Shown: positions 53,095 through 64,000 of the stretch, in pieces
Position numbering within the stretch: the first letter of the stretch is position 1
How the letters are laid out: the number at the start of each line of letters is the position of its first letter
Source of the DNA: Paraphysomonas bandaiensis
Taxonomy: Eukaryota; Protista; Chrysophyceae
NCBI GenBank assembly: GCA_965644295.1
Contig: CBFFRP010000146.1
Location: 248,001-312,000, forward strand
Length of the DNA: 64,000 nt
Direction: 5' to 3'
Translations under genes and position numbers: made by a program
Notes under the pieces: model-generated
The model's input: the letters and a program-made list of their open reading frames with translations, nothing else
Database searches by the model: none
What the model was told of the DNA's origin: nothing

Positions 53095-55748
53095 ATGCCT
53101 ATGCCTATTCGACTCACCCGCTTTGTTTTTCTATCAAAGGGATTGTATTCTCGAACTAGTTCACTCCGATCAACAAGCATGAAGGCTTCTATTGCCTCAC
53201 TATCGCCATATTCAACACTTCCATCATTTGAATCCATTCATTTCTCTGAGAAGTCATCCTGGTGGTGGATCATTAGCGCAGGAGTTGTTTGTTCTACTGG
53301 TATGATACTGTGTGATTACTGTCATGCCGATGCAGAGACACCGGCCCCTCCAGGACACCCTGCGGCCAGTCTGCCTCAACTCACGTATGAGCAGTTTAAG
53401 GCCGGGAAACCTAATAGAGTTTGGGTGACGCTTGATGGAGGAGTGTATGATGTGACATCCTTCATGGATGCTCATCCAGGTAATGCCATCGGTTGTCACT
53501 ATTGCATGGCATGATACAGGTGCGTAGGTGGGATTGATAGAATTCAAATGGTTGATGGGCAGGATCTTGCAAAGTTCTGGGCAGTGTATCAGCTTCACGA
53601 CAGACCCCATATACGATCTCTCTTGGAAGAATATCGCATTGGTACATTTGGCATTCGGTATTTTCACATCTGTTTGCTAAGGAATATTGGTTCAGGCAAT
53701 CTCTCCGCATGTGATTACAGACGAGTTAAATCAGAAACTCATTTTGAGAGCTACTACAAAGATGATCCGAGGAGACCTATGGGCGAAGTAGGACAATTAC
53801 GCATACCTAGGTAGCTTTTGAAATGTCATGTACATGTTCACCTTAAATTTGACCCATACAACATGTAGTGTCCACCCGTGGAATTCAGAGCCAAAGGATC
53901 TCTCCGTGCTATCGGACAACTTTTTCACTCCCAATGACCTCTTCTTTGTTCGAAATCACAATAATGTTCCTCTAGTAGATGAGGATGACTACATACTAGA
54001 AGTTGAAGGAAATGACAAAGCAAGTGAGTAGGATAAAAAATTGATGTCCCATTGCGTAAATTTATATGTCACATGTAGACCTAAAGACCACAACATTTAC
54101 TCTGCATGATTTGAAAACGAAATTTCCTCGACACGAAGTAATTTCCGCTCTTCAATGTGCTGGTATCTAGATATGCACTTGAATATCATGTTCTTTCTAT
54201 TGTATTCTTGTGTATTTCTGTGCGAATGCGTTGATACAGTCGAAAAGAATTATTTTTTGTGTTATCAGGAAATAGACAAGAGGATTATGTGTCTGAACAC
54301 AGACCCTTGTACGTTGCTCCACACTGGCGTAACGGTGCCATAGGCAATGCCCGATGGGCAGGCGTCAAGGTATACTTTCCTAGCGTTCTTCTCTGATATT
54401 ATCTTTTTCACATGAATAGGTTCGCGATGTATTAGAAGCTGCCGGTATGCCTGTAGACGATATTGCTCTTCGTCGGGTGTCCCCTGGAGGGAAAATTGTT
54501 AATTTTGTTGCAATGGATACAGATGAAACTGGTAGTATGATCGTATCGAAGTGTCGATTTAGTTTACGATTTTATTTCGTAGGTATTCCGTATGCTGGTG
54601 TTATTCCAATTGAAAAAGCTTTAGACCCTTTCGGTGATGCTATACTTGCTTATGAAATGAATGGTACGATTGAATTCATTGAAGTACGCCTTAATTTATT
54701 TTGTTTTGTTTACTACTGTATTTTTAGCACTTGCATATTGTCTTATTTTCATTGGATATAGGTGAAACTCTACCCCGTGATCATGGATTTCCTATACGAT
54801 TATTAGCGCCTGGTCATGCTGGATGCAGAAATGTAAAATGGGTACAACAGATTATTGTATCTGATGAAGCCAGTGAACTGGACTCTGGGTCGAGGCTTGA
54901 TAGGTGTCAATGTGCATTGAGCATGATAATTCACCCAATCAATAGCACTTATTTATGATGCAGACACTTTTCACCGGATATCAATTGGCTCTCTCACAAG
55001 ACTCATGTGTCCAAGTGCCGGGTTCCTGAAGTCGATGACTTGCCCAATTCATGTAGCACCAATGCAAACCTTCCAAAAGTAGAAATTCGTATTGATCAAG
55101 GGCCAGTAATTCAGACACTACCTGTTCAGAGTATTGTTTGTAAACCAGCTAACCGGGCAACACTTTCAGGTATTGCATGTGACTAGGTCTTGAACGTATC
55201 ATATAAATGGATGTCTACGTATGTCACAATTCGTGTGTTAAAAGTGCATTGCACGTAACATGCCATCATGTCCAGGTTCCGATCTTGATACACTTGATGT
55301 CGCCGGTGTAGCATGGTCAGGGGCGGGGCGAGGAATATGTCGCGTAGAAGTTTCTCTTGACGGAGGAAAAACATTCCGAGCTGCTGACTTGGTGAAAGAA
55401 CCATCGGAATGCATTAACTGCCCTTCTCCCGAAGCTGGAATGGGACGAAATTGGTCATGGGCACAGTTCAGCATCAAGGCTAAAATTCCTGATGAAGTTA
55501 AAGATAAACTAAAGGCAGGAAAAGTTGTGGACATTGACGTTGTTTCAAAAGCCATAGATGGTGACTTTAATGCTCAGCCTGAGAAGATGGATCATGGATG
55601 GAATGTGCTTGGGATTTGCGTTAATCACTGGTCTAAGGTGCATGTTACTCTGGACCCGTCTCTACCTAAAGGGACGACAAAGCCGCCACCTGCGTATCCT
55701 CTTCCTGGGTCGCCCTTCTGGGGAGATGGAGTTGCTCATAAGCCGTAA
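53095..55748 (+). CDS. SUOX: Sulfite oxidase (cytochrome b5 + molybdopterin + dimerisation domains)
   Basis: Transit-like N-terminus; VWVT..GVYDVTSFMDAHPG; FFTPNDLFFVRNH; LQCAG|NR; GAIGNARWAG; LAYEMNG|ETLPRDHGFPIR; RNVKW; GVAWSGAGRGICRVEVSLDGG. Confidence 0.93.
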
Positions 55749-56733
55749 TAATGTAGGGTTTTATTCTACCGTGAGAGGGCGAACTTATGTTGCCAACGAA
55801 ATGTGTTAAATGCTTTAAAGCCAGAGTATCTTGGGAACTTTAGCATTTCTGTCGTACGCTATGTATACTAAGGACCGATGAATCAATTATAAAGCTATAA
55901 ATCGTAATAGTAATAGCTATATTCATGAAATAGTTAAATAATATGTGTTTTGTGTTTTTACTTGGGAGTTTGTCGCTTGTATTACCATGTGGGTATTGGG
56001 TATTTATTGCTGGTTACGTCATCAACAGATTTGTTGTAAGATCTCATATCCTTTTGTTGGGTAGAACCGTCAAATGATTCCTCTTTGTATGGGAGTCTCA
56101 CTATAAAATAAATATTGTTGCAAATGTTAAGTATTATATAGTCCCAGAACTATTGATGAAAATTTTCTTCGTGGAAGAGGTTTTACTTGCGAGTTTTGTT
56201 GTTTGTACATTTTTAGTACACAGGGTCACAGGGTAGAGTACAAATCATATATCATATATCATACCCCATACCCTCAACCTTCTCACGTCTACATTATCTA
56301 CGTATTATGAACTATGGACAATAGACGAGGAATAATTCTATATCACAGTATTTAGAACATATGCGATATCCGCTGTTCCCCAAAACTGTTACACTTCTAC
56401 TTGCTGGGTGAATACGCAACGTTTATTATATAAAGGCCACAGTTTATAGTAAGTACTTTGGGTATTGTCCAAGAAATTCAATGGCTTCAGACATGCATGA
56501 AGAGTATACGTGTTCCAATACCTGTGGTGTAAAGAATATATATCCACGGTGGGGAACGTGTATGATATATTGCCGTAATATACAACTATATATTTCGTTC
56601 TGAATTGCTTTTTTATTACTTTCCTCCCAGTTTGGAAGAACTCTACGACATGATCTTAGCTATGCAAACAGGGGTTCATTCATACTGATAATAGTAAAGA
56701 TCAGAGACATTTTAAAAATGAACGTACGTTGAG

Positions 56734-57375
56734 TTATGCTTGGTTAGATGCTGCGGGTTCGTCTTTGGGCGGTGGTGGGTCGATTCCTCTCCTCAGAATC
56801 ACAGCCGTGTATAAGGCAGTGGCAAACGCTAAGAATCCACCAGCAAGAAACGTTTTCCAGCCACTACCAAGATCAAAATCAATTTGTTTTCCAGTGTTGA
56901 CATTCACGACATCGAACTCATTGTACATCTGTGAGTAGTTACCACAAACAACAAAGACACATATCGCGAGAATTATATCACCAATAGCTACCGCCGCCAT
57001 TACCAGCCATATCATTCTGCTCCTTTCTTTCAAACACTTGCATACCATAACAGTAGCTACCAATAGAAGTACAACCAGTATACATATGATGGCAAGACTG
57101 AGCTGTGCGGTATCTAAAGCCGACTCATAATTATCACAATCATCTCCTTTAAGATTATATTTATCACAGTCCGCATCATCCACTTCATAATCACACTTCC
57201 CTTGCTTTGTATACTTCGCTTTCTGTAATCCAATGAAGTAAATACAGTCACTGTCACAGCCACAGCCTTTCTCGTATACAGACCACTGAGAGGTGTGGAA
57301 TCCCCATGATATCATAGCAAGAGTGCCTATATGACATAATGTGTCGAATAGAACTAATATAGAGGTAGTACACAT
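56734..57375 (-). CDS. Four-TM membrane protein with Cys-rich first loop (claudin/amastin-like topology)
   Basis: 213-aa ORF with four hydrophobic segments and a W...GL...C pattern in loop 1. Confidence 0.65.
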   Translation of the reverse strand: MCTTSILVLFDTLCHIGTLAMISWGFHTSQWSVYEKGCGCDSDCIYFIGLQKAKYTKQGKCDYEVDDADCDKYNLKGDDCDNYESALDTAQLSLAIICILVVLLLVATVMVCKCLKERSRMIWLVMAAVAIGDIILAICVFVVCGNYSQMYNEFDVVNVNTGKQIDFDLGSGWKTFLAGGFLAFATALYTAVILRRGIDPPPPKDEPAASNQA

Positions 57376-57513
57376 GACTTTAAAGGGGTTGTGATGTGAG
57401 TAGCTTGGAGTTAATGTGCACTGTTGTTATATAGCAGTATGGGGGCGTGTGGTGGTAGGTATGGTAGAGTTCAGATGCAGACATACACAACACAACTATC
57501 TTCTACACGTATT

Positions 57514-57645
57514 GGCATCCTTTGTGTATTTTTGTTCAAAGATGTCTCTAATATTGAGACAATAATTATCTGTATTTCAGCTGTAGTTTTATGTAGGTAC
57601 TATAGACATTATTTGCTTCAATTTATTTCCGAATAATAAGATGCC
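57514..57645 (+). repeat. ~140-bp dispersed repeat (MITE-like), copy 3
   Basis: GGCATCC...GATGCC; homologous to copies 1 and 2. Confidence 0.85.
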
Positions 57646-58108
57646 ATCTACTCGCACAACTGCAAACACATGGTATACTGTATTCCTGTATATAATGTCG
57701 TGTACATGTACCCCACAGTACTGGAGGAGGAGTACCACTCGCTTTGTTCTACACATACGTATGTGTGATTTTTTCTCACTAAAAAAAACTTCTTTGACCA
57801 AAACGATTTTGCACAAACCACCCTGTATATCCATTCCATATTAAATTCTAGGCTTAATTAACACTCATCATCACCAAGATATCATACACTTTACTTCAAC
57901 TTCAATACATGTCCAATAGCGTATGTTGGTATAGATTCATATACAATATACACACACTACTATATTGAGGTTACTGTTCCCTCCTGTGGGTTTGTGTATG
58001 TATATATAGGGGGGTAAAGTGTTGGCAGTGGTATTCAATATACACACAGATCATATATATCTTAACATCATTCCTATCAGCTAATTCCACATCACCCTCT
58101 ATTGAGAT

Positions 58109-59453
58109 ATGGTTTTACATGAATTGATATCAAAGATTGTCAGAAATCGTTTGATTAACTCCAAAGTTCAGTGTAATATAACGATATGCGGTGGTGGTAA
58201 TGCGGCTCATCTATTAGCAGCATATGTCGGAGCACTCAAGAATACTAAAACCGCTATACTCAATACTGTACCATATGAATATGAGTACTTGACTAATGTG
58301 ATGAAGAAAACTGATCATCGTATAGTTGCTGAGCATAGAGATGGGTTTCCGTCTGTTGCTGGCATGGTCGACACTGTATCGAACAAACCGCACGATGTTA
58401 TTCCATTCTCTGATGTTATCGTAATTGCTGTTCCAGCACATGTTCATGAACATTACTTCAAGCTCATAGCACCTCATGTGTCACCTAACACTGTGCTTGG
58501 TGTTATGGTGGCTGAAGGAGGCCTCGACTGGTATATGGAATAATACTTTACATTATATGTTCTGATTATACGTTATCAACAGGATGGCCCGCGATGTATT
58601 TGGCTCCCTGCTAGATACACATATCACTCTGTTTGGCATGGAAACGCTTCCTTGGGCATGTCGAATCAAGGAATACGGGCACACAGTAAAAGTACTTGCT
58701 ACGAAGCGTGAAGTTGATGTCGCCGCTTATCCGTCTGATCGCACGGCGCCAGTTTGCGACCTTCTAGGTCAGCTGCTTCACCCTTGGAATGAGGGAGGAT
58801 GTCGTATGCAGCCTGTATTTCACTCCGCCTCTAACATGCTCTCATTGACCCTTATGAACATAAACAGTGTTTGGCACCCATGTATATTATATGGTCGCTT
58901 TCACGGATGGGATGGTCAGTGTGTTTTTCCAGAACACTTGCTGTTTTATGAAGGTGTCGATGATTTCACTGCATCTGTTCTTGATGCTGTCAGCAACGAG
59001 GTTCTCCGCATCTGTGACAAAATACGAAAAGAGTATCCTGGAGTTAGTGTAGAAGGAGTAATGCATGTTGAGCAGTGGATTCGTAGAGCGTATTCAGGAC
59101 AAATCAGTGACGTTTCTTCTTTGAGAAGCTGCATCAACACAAACAGTGGATACAAGGGTATCCTTCATCCTATGCGAAGTATGGAAGGCCTTCATGGATT
59201 TATTCCTGATACAGAATACAGGTACTGGGTTGAAGATCTACCGTGTGGTCTCATTGCAACACGAGGACTAGCTGGAATGCTAGGGGTTGATACACCTATG
59301 ATGGATTCCGTCATACGTTGGATGCAAACACTTGCCGGTAAAGAATACCTGTTGCCCACAGGTGAGTTATCTGGAAAAGATATCGGGGAGACAAGAGCAC
59401 CAGAGCGGTTCGGATTAGATATAAATTCCGTCATGGACTTCTATCAGAAGTAG
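58109..59453 (+). CDS. NAD-dependent opine dehydrogenase (octopine/tauropine/alanopine DH family)
   Basis: ICGGGNAAH Rossmann motif; AVPAHVH; ETLPWACRI; HP..LYG.F..WDG; LFYEG; RYWVEDLPCGL; TPMMD. One intron. Confidence 0.9.
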
Positions 59454-59943
59454 TTAATTTAAAGAATTAGGATGTGATAATACTGTTGTATTGGAAACTT
59501 GTAACTGTAAATATAATATCAACGAAGTTAAAAATTGATTCTCCTTCAATGCTATCGAAAAAGCTGCTGATATTGTTGACCAGGAACTTAACTACACATG
59601 TTCTTACCGTTCAGTTATTCTATTGTAGCCATCTAATCTTGTGATATATATCATTCTGTGCTGTTTGTTGGCCAACCTCCAAGCCATAACAGTATAAATG
59701 TATAGTTTTAAGGTACGAAGAATTAATAGCATTTGAAAAAAATGATAAAATAACATCCACTCCGGACACATCATCAATTAGTCAACCTTCCATCGTATGA
59801 ACTCTATCTAGGAATAAGTTTAGTAGTGATGTAACTGCACTACTACATGCTAAATTATTATTCAACTGTATATTCGCGCATATTCTATGCACCATTACAG
59901 TGACCTCAGTTGTATAGATATCTGATATCACATCACAGAAAAC

Positions 59944-61071
59944 TCACACAAAATCCGTAGGGAGCATATAAAGAACAATATTGTTCGGCCACATCAATGT
60001 GTCGATAACTTTCCTTTTAATCCTAGAATCCTTCTGATGTAAATATTCAATTAATTCTACAAACGATCGAACTTGGGTTCCAGTAGCTGTCCGTCGATTA
60101 GGAAACTTGGAGGGAAATACGCAGCACGGAACCACAGCAAAAGGTATTGACTGTGTCAACGCAGAGTCTATTATGTCCTCCGTAGCTTCATCTGGGTGTA
60201 AACCTAATAGTAAGGTAGGTGGTGTCGTCCCACTGCGAGGCTGCCCTTGTGGAATAATATATCTACTATCAAATAGCCCCTGGAAATGTCGGATGTTTAA
60301 GCGATCTAACCCTCTCAGCGCCGCCATGCACACAGAAATGAGGGTGTCATCGAGAATTCCATATTCCTTTGCAGCGGTAGATTCACATAGCTTCTTCGCT
60401 TCCTCCTGAAGTGAGCAGAAATCTAACCATAGTACTCTAATATCCCCAACTAATTCCTTTAGACGCATTGCATCCGCATGAATAAACCGTTTCCCACTCT
60501 CAGGAAATTGATATACAAAATTATGATCGACTCTATTAAAGTCTTCGGGGAAAACACATTCGCCATGGGATATATTGTGTCGCACAAAGTGCTTTGTTTT
60601 AGATGGAGATAAGCACACCATAGCCGGGTCTATAATTCTGCATTCTAGATTTCCTGTTCTTTCCACACGTTTACTGCACCGAGAAGATATATAGTACGAC
60701 ACTTCCCCTTTACCACCAGCAATATCCAATACTAACTCACACTGATATGTTAAGTATTCTTCAAATGTTTGCAGTACCCACTCAGCAAAATCACGACCAC
60801 GAGATTTTACCCCTTTCCGTCTGAGTCTCTTATTATACAGCTTACGCGCACGAGAGCTCCTGTTCTTTTCATCTGAACTGTGAGTTAATAACTCTCTCTC
60901 CTCCTTCTCTTTCCATCTCCATGAGTCATCATCACCACATACCACTCCATGTCCGTTAAGAAGATACAAGATCTTATCTGCTTCTGTATATAACTTTTGT
61001 TGTCGATACAATAATCTCTGGCAAACATATGCATCAATGTCTGAGTCGGTCAAATGTATGGCACCTGACAT
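59944..61071 (-). CDS. Putative SAM-dependent methyltransferase-like protein
   Basis: VLDIAGGKGEV; IIDP; LLGLHPDEATEDIID; FAVVPCCVFP. The N-terminal helix pair resembles the CysRS C-terminal domain. Confidence 0.75.
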   Translation of the reverse strand: MSGAIHLTDSDIDAYVCQRLLYRQQKLYTEADKILYLLNGHGVVCGDDDSWRWKEKEERELLTHSSDEKNRSSRARKLYNKRLRRKGVKSRGRDFAEWVLQTFEEYLTYQCELVLDIAGGKGEVSYYISSRCSKRVERTGNLECRIIDPAMVCLSPSKTKHFVRHNISHGECVFPEDFNRVDHNFVYQFPESGKRFIHADAMRLKELVGDIRVLWLDFCSLQEEAKKLCESTAAKEYGILDDTLISVCMAALRGLDRLNIRHFQGLFDSRYIIPQGQPRSGTTPPTLLLGLHPDEATEDIIDSALTQSIPFAVVPCCVFPSKFPNRRTATGTQVRSFVELIEYLHQKDSRIKRKVIDTLMWPNNIVLYMLPTDFV

Positions 61072-61141
61072 GCTGTTTAGTCTTTTGTCTCACTATAATT
61101 AGTGGACTCAGTGGACAACTCAATTGGACCAGGGCGGACAT

Positions 61142-61441
61142 CTACATACATACATACATACATACATACATACATACATACATACATACATACATACATA
61201 CATACATACATACATACATACATACATACATACATACATACATACATACATACATACATACATACATACATACATACATACATACATACATACATACATA
61301 CATACATACATACATACATACATACATACATACATACATACATACATACATACATACATACATACATACATACATACATACATACATACATACATACATA
61401 CATACATACATACATACATACATACATACATACATACATAC
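61142..61441. repeat. (TACA)n microsatellite
   Basis: Perfect ~300-bp array between the divergent genes starting at 61071 (-) and 61563 (+). Confidence 0.98.
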
Positions 61442-61562
61442 AGCAGCATATCATTGTGGACTGAGGTGTGTGTATCTGGATATCTGCTCTGTTGTGATAA
61501 TTTCGTTGTGTTATGTTCTATATTCTTATAGTGTGAGAGTTTGTCGTGCCATATATCGATAT

Positions 61563-63842
61563 ATGGGTAGTGGGGTTTCCAATACAAGGGGTTGCTTGTC
61601 AGTTGAGGGTTCCGAGAGAGTAATCCACTCGTGGAGTGATCTTACAGCTCTTGAAATCAGTAATACAGCAAACAACGAGCTCCCTCTTCATCTGAGGGGA
61701 GTTAGCGGACATGTACTATTATATCTTATCAATATGCCTGATTTTGATGCTAACTGGACAACTGGTGATTTCTGTCGGTCACACATCCTTCCACTGACAG
61801 CACCTCACAAGAGCTCATTCGTTCGATTAGCAGGATCACTTCGACTTAACAGTTACCCTGTAGTTGGAACACCCACTAGATTCCTCAGTCATACATGGGG
61901 ATACCCTCTACGTCGTACCATATGTGCAGCGCTGAGTAGTCCAGAAGGAGGGCCTGATGAGTTTTACTGGTTCGATATATTCTGCCTCAATCAACATTCC
62001 AACGAAGTTGGTCATCCAGATTTCAATTTGTTTTTACGCAACGCTATGAAACAGACAGGACACACTTTATTTGTATGTTATCCCTGGTATAAGCCTATCA
62101 GTATAACACGGGCATGGTGAGCATGTGTAATTCTCAACTTCATTTTATTTAACACTGTGTTTCGCAGGTGCCTGTACGAGGTGATGGAGTCTCTGAAGAC
62201 GGAGAATGAAATGACATTCACCCCTATTTTGGATCCTATTGAGCAAGATATGTTTGCGAATGCGCTTTTAGACGACACAGCTGCCTTGCTTGAAGTATTC
62301 ATCAATGTAGACGTTAGAAAAGCGAGTGCATTTTTGAAAACAGATCTGGATATGATAATGGATTGGATCAACAACAGTGTGGGCACAGATAGCATGAATA
62401 GTATTCTTCATAAAGGATTGTGTTCATGGATTAGACAAGCAGGAAGACTAGAAGTAGGGCGCAGGGAGAGTGAGGCAAGACAAAAGTTAATATCATGTTA
62501 TGTCCGGAAAGCAGCACGAGATGTTATTGCATCCACTTCACTACCTGCTACATCAGGTAGAATATTCCTTTAAACGATGACACAAAATAATATATTCTTA
62601 CGACCATATTATACAGAGGAATGTGGAGTGCCTGAAACTGTACGTAGCAATGACACTCTGCTATCGGATCTTGAATGTGAGATTTCCCGCCTTTCACGAC
62701 GAAGAGCAGTTCTTGAAGAAGATTTAAATAGATTTGAGAAAGTGAGACCACTAGAACTCGTAAATATTCTTGATGTGTCTACTATCAATGTCAGTGAAGA
62801 GAATGGGGAAGATATCCCCACACATCAAATTCCTGTTCTCCTAGGAACAACAGGACATCATCATCTCTCTCGAGGTGGGGGTGTATGTGGAGGCGTACTA
62901 CCTGCTTTTCTGCAATTGCTAGTTTCTAGACAAGACTTCAGGCGGGATGTGAAACTCGGAATGGACGCTGCAGTAAAATCAGAAACGTCAAAAACTCTCT
63001 TTCATAGCGAGTTGAGAAATGTTTGTGATTTATGGGAGAAGGCCCGTGATGGTATTATTAGTTTAGATCTTCTCATAGACAAACTTCCAAATAAATCCAG
63101 AGAAATGTCTTTAGAGCCATCCGATTTTTCAGAATATGTTTCTATAGTTATCAACGAAAACGATCCACTGAAGAGTTTTTGGCCAGAACTACGTACATAC
63201 AATCGCCTATGGCACGATGATGAGGAGGGCATTCGTCACAATATTAGAGTAAGCTCGGAGTGCGGGCTGTACTTATATGTTAGACCATTAGAGGAGAGTC
63301 GAAGCCTAAGAGACTGTATTTCAGAAACTCTAAAGATTGAGGAAATTGAGGGTTATCGTTGGCACCGGGATCCCAACTCGTCGGACTATGAGACAGTCAC
63401 AGTTCAGCGCGGTAGATATTGGACGAGAAGTTCAGCTTCACATGGCAGACTCACAGTGGTCATAGAGCGGTTTGATCTGGACTACAATACATTCATGAGG
63501 AAGTTTGTACCCACTGCTTGCCTTATTCCGAATGAGCTCTCTATGAGTAGCTTGGAGTACAAGGATCCTAATCGTAGTGATGAGAGTGGTGATTGTGACG
63601 AGAGTGATGATACATTATACCGTCCTAAAGGAATCCTAGCCTTCCGACGCGATGGTATAGTAAATGAATGCGACAGCACAATGACTGACGGTGTGTATGA
63701 GACATATATCGAAGTTAACGACCGATGGTGGTTGTGTTCGGAATATAGAAAGACTGTTCAGATGGTATCCTGGGAGATGGTTCAGCAGAACACATTGAGA
63801 ACAGCATATATGGTGCTATTTGAGTCGATATCAAGTAAATAG
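61563..63842 (+). CDS. HET/TIR-like domain + coiled coil + degenerate USP (peptidase C19)-like domain
   Basis: MGSGVS; FLSHTWGY...FYWFDIFCLNQH...ITRAW|CLYEV; later SLRDCI...EEIEGY...LTVVIERFD...GVYETYI..NDRWWLCSE...TAYMVLFE. Two short introns; the join at ~62556-62617 is inferred. Confidence 0.7.
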
Positions 63843-64000
63843 TGGTGAGTCAAGTTTGGTTGCATATATGACTTAAGTATGAATATTTGTGTTTTAATTT
63901 ATGATTCTCTTATTAGTAATATGTAATATTCTTAAAGTATCACATTTTCCTATATTGTGGGCTAATAATAGTACCACAACGTTTCACACACACAAGACGT

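Noticed and set aside
53095-59453. Sulfite oxidase and opine (tauropine) dehydrogenase as a taurine gene cluster
   Set aside because: They are separated by an unrelated gene and substrate specificity is unknown; proximity alone is not evidence in a compact eukaryotic genome.

Overview
Gene-dense eukaryotic nuclear DNA from a protist, probably a stramenopile (inferred from gene content; not proven). It has many short GT-AG introns (about 40-100 nt) and about 23 protein-coding genes, including DnaJ, a hybrid histidine kinase, an esterase, two AGC-type kinases, ACBP-ankyrin, GH3 glucosidase, eIF2-alpha, a NO66-like JmjC oxygenase, FHIT, a pectin-acetylesterase-like protein, sulfite oxidase and opine dehydrogenase. 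Highlights: (1) a ~1278-aa three-enzyme fusion at 41370-45249 (ectoine-hydrolase DoeA/EutD-like M24 domain + low-specificity threonine aldolase + aldehyde dehydrogenase), which reads as a one-polypeptide catabolic pathway, plausibly for 5-hydroxyectoine; (2) a thioredoxin-fold selenoprotein candidate missing from the ORF track (33690-34175, minus) with a UxxC motif, a second in-frame UGA and an atypical SECIS-like hairpin; (3) unusual fusions (Arb2/FAM172-AGC kinase; HET-like domain-pseudo-USP; HMG-toroid-TFIIS-N). Non-coding structure includes three long (TACA)n arrays, each between divergent genes, a ~140-bp repeat family found three times upstream of genes, a ~490-bp dispersed element with a 12-bp flanking direct repeat, and nested inverted-repeat elements. 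Family assignments are from motif recognition by eye, not database searches, and exon boundaries are manual estimates.
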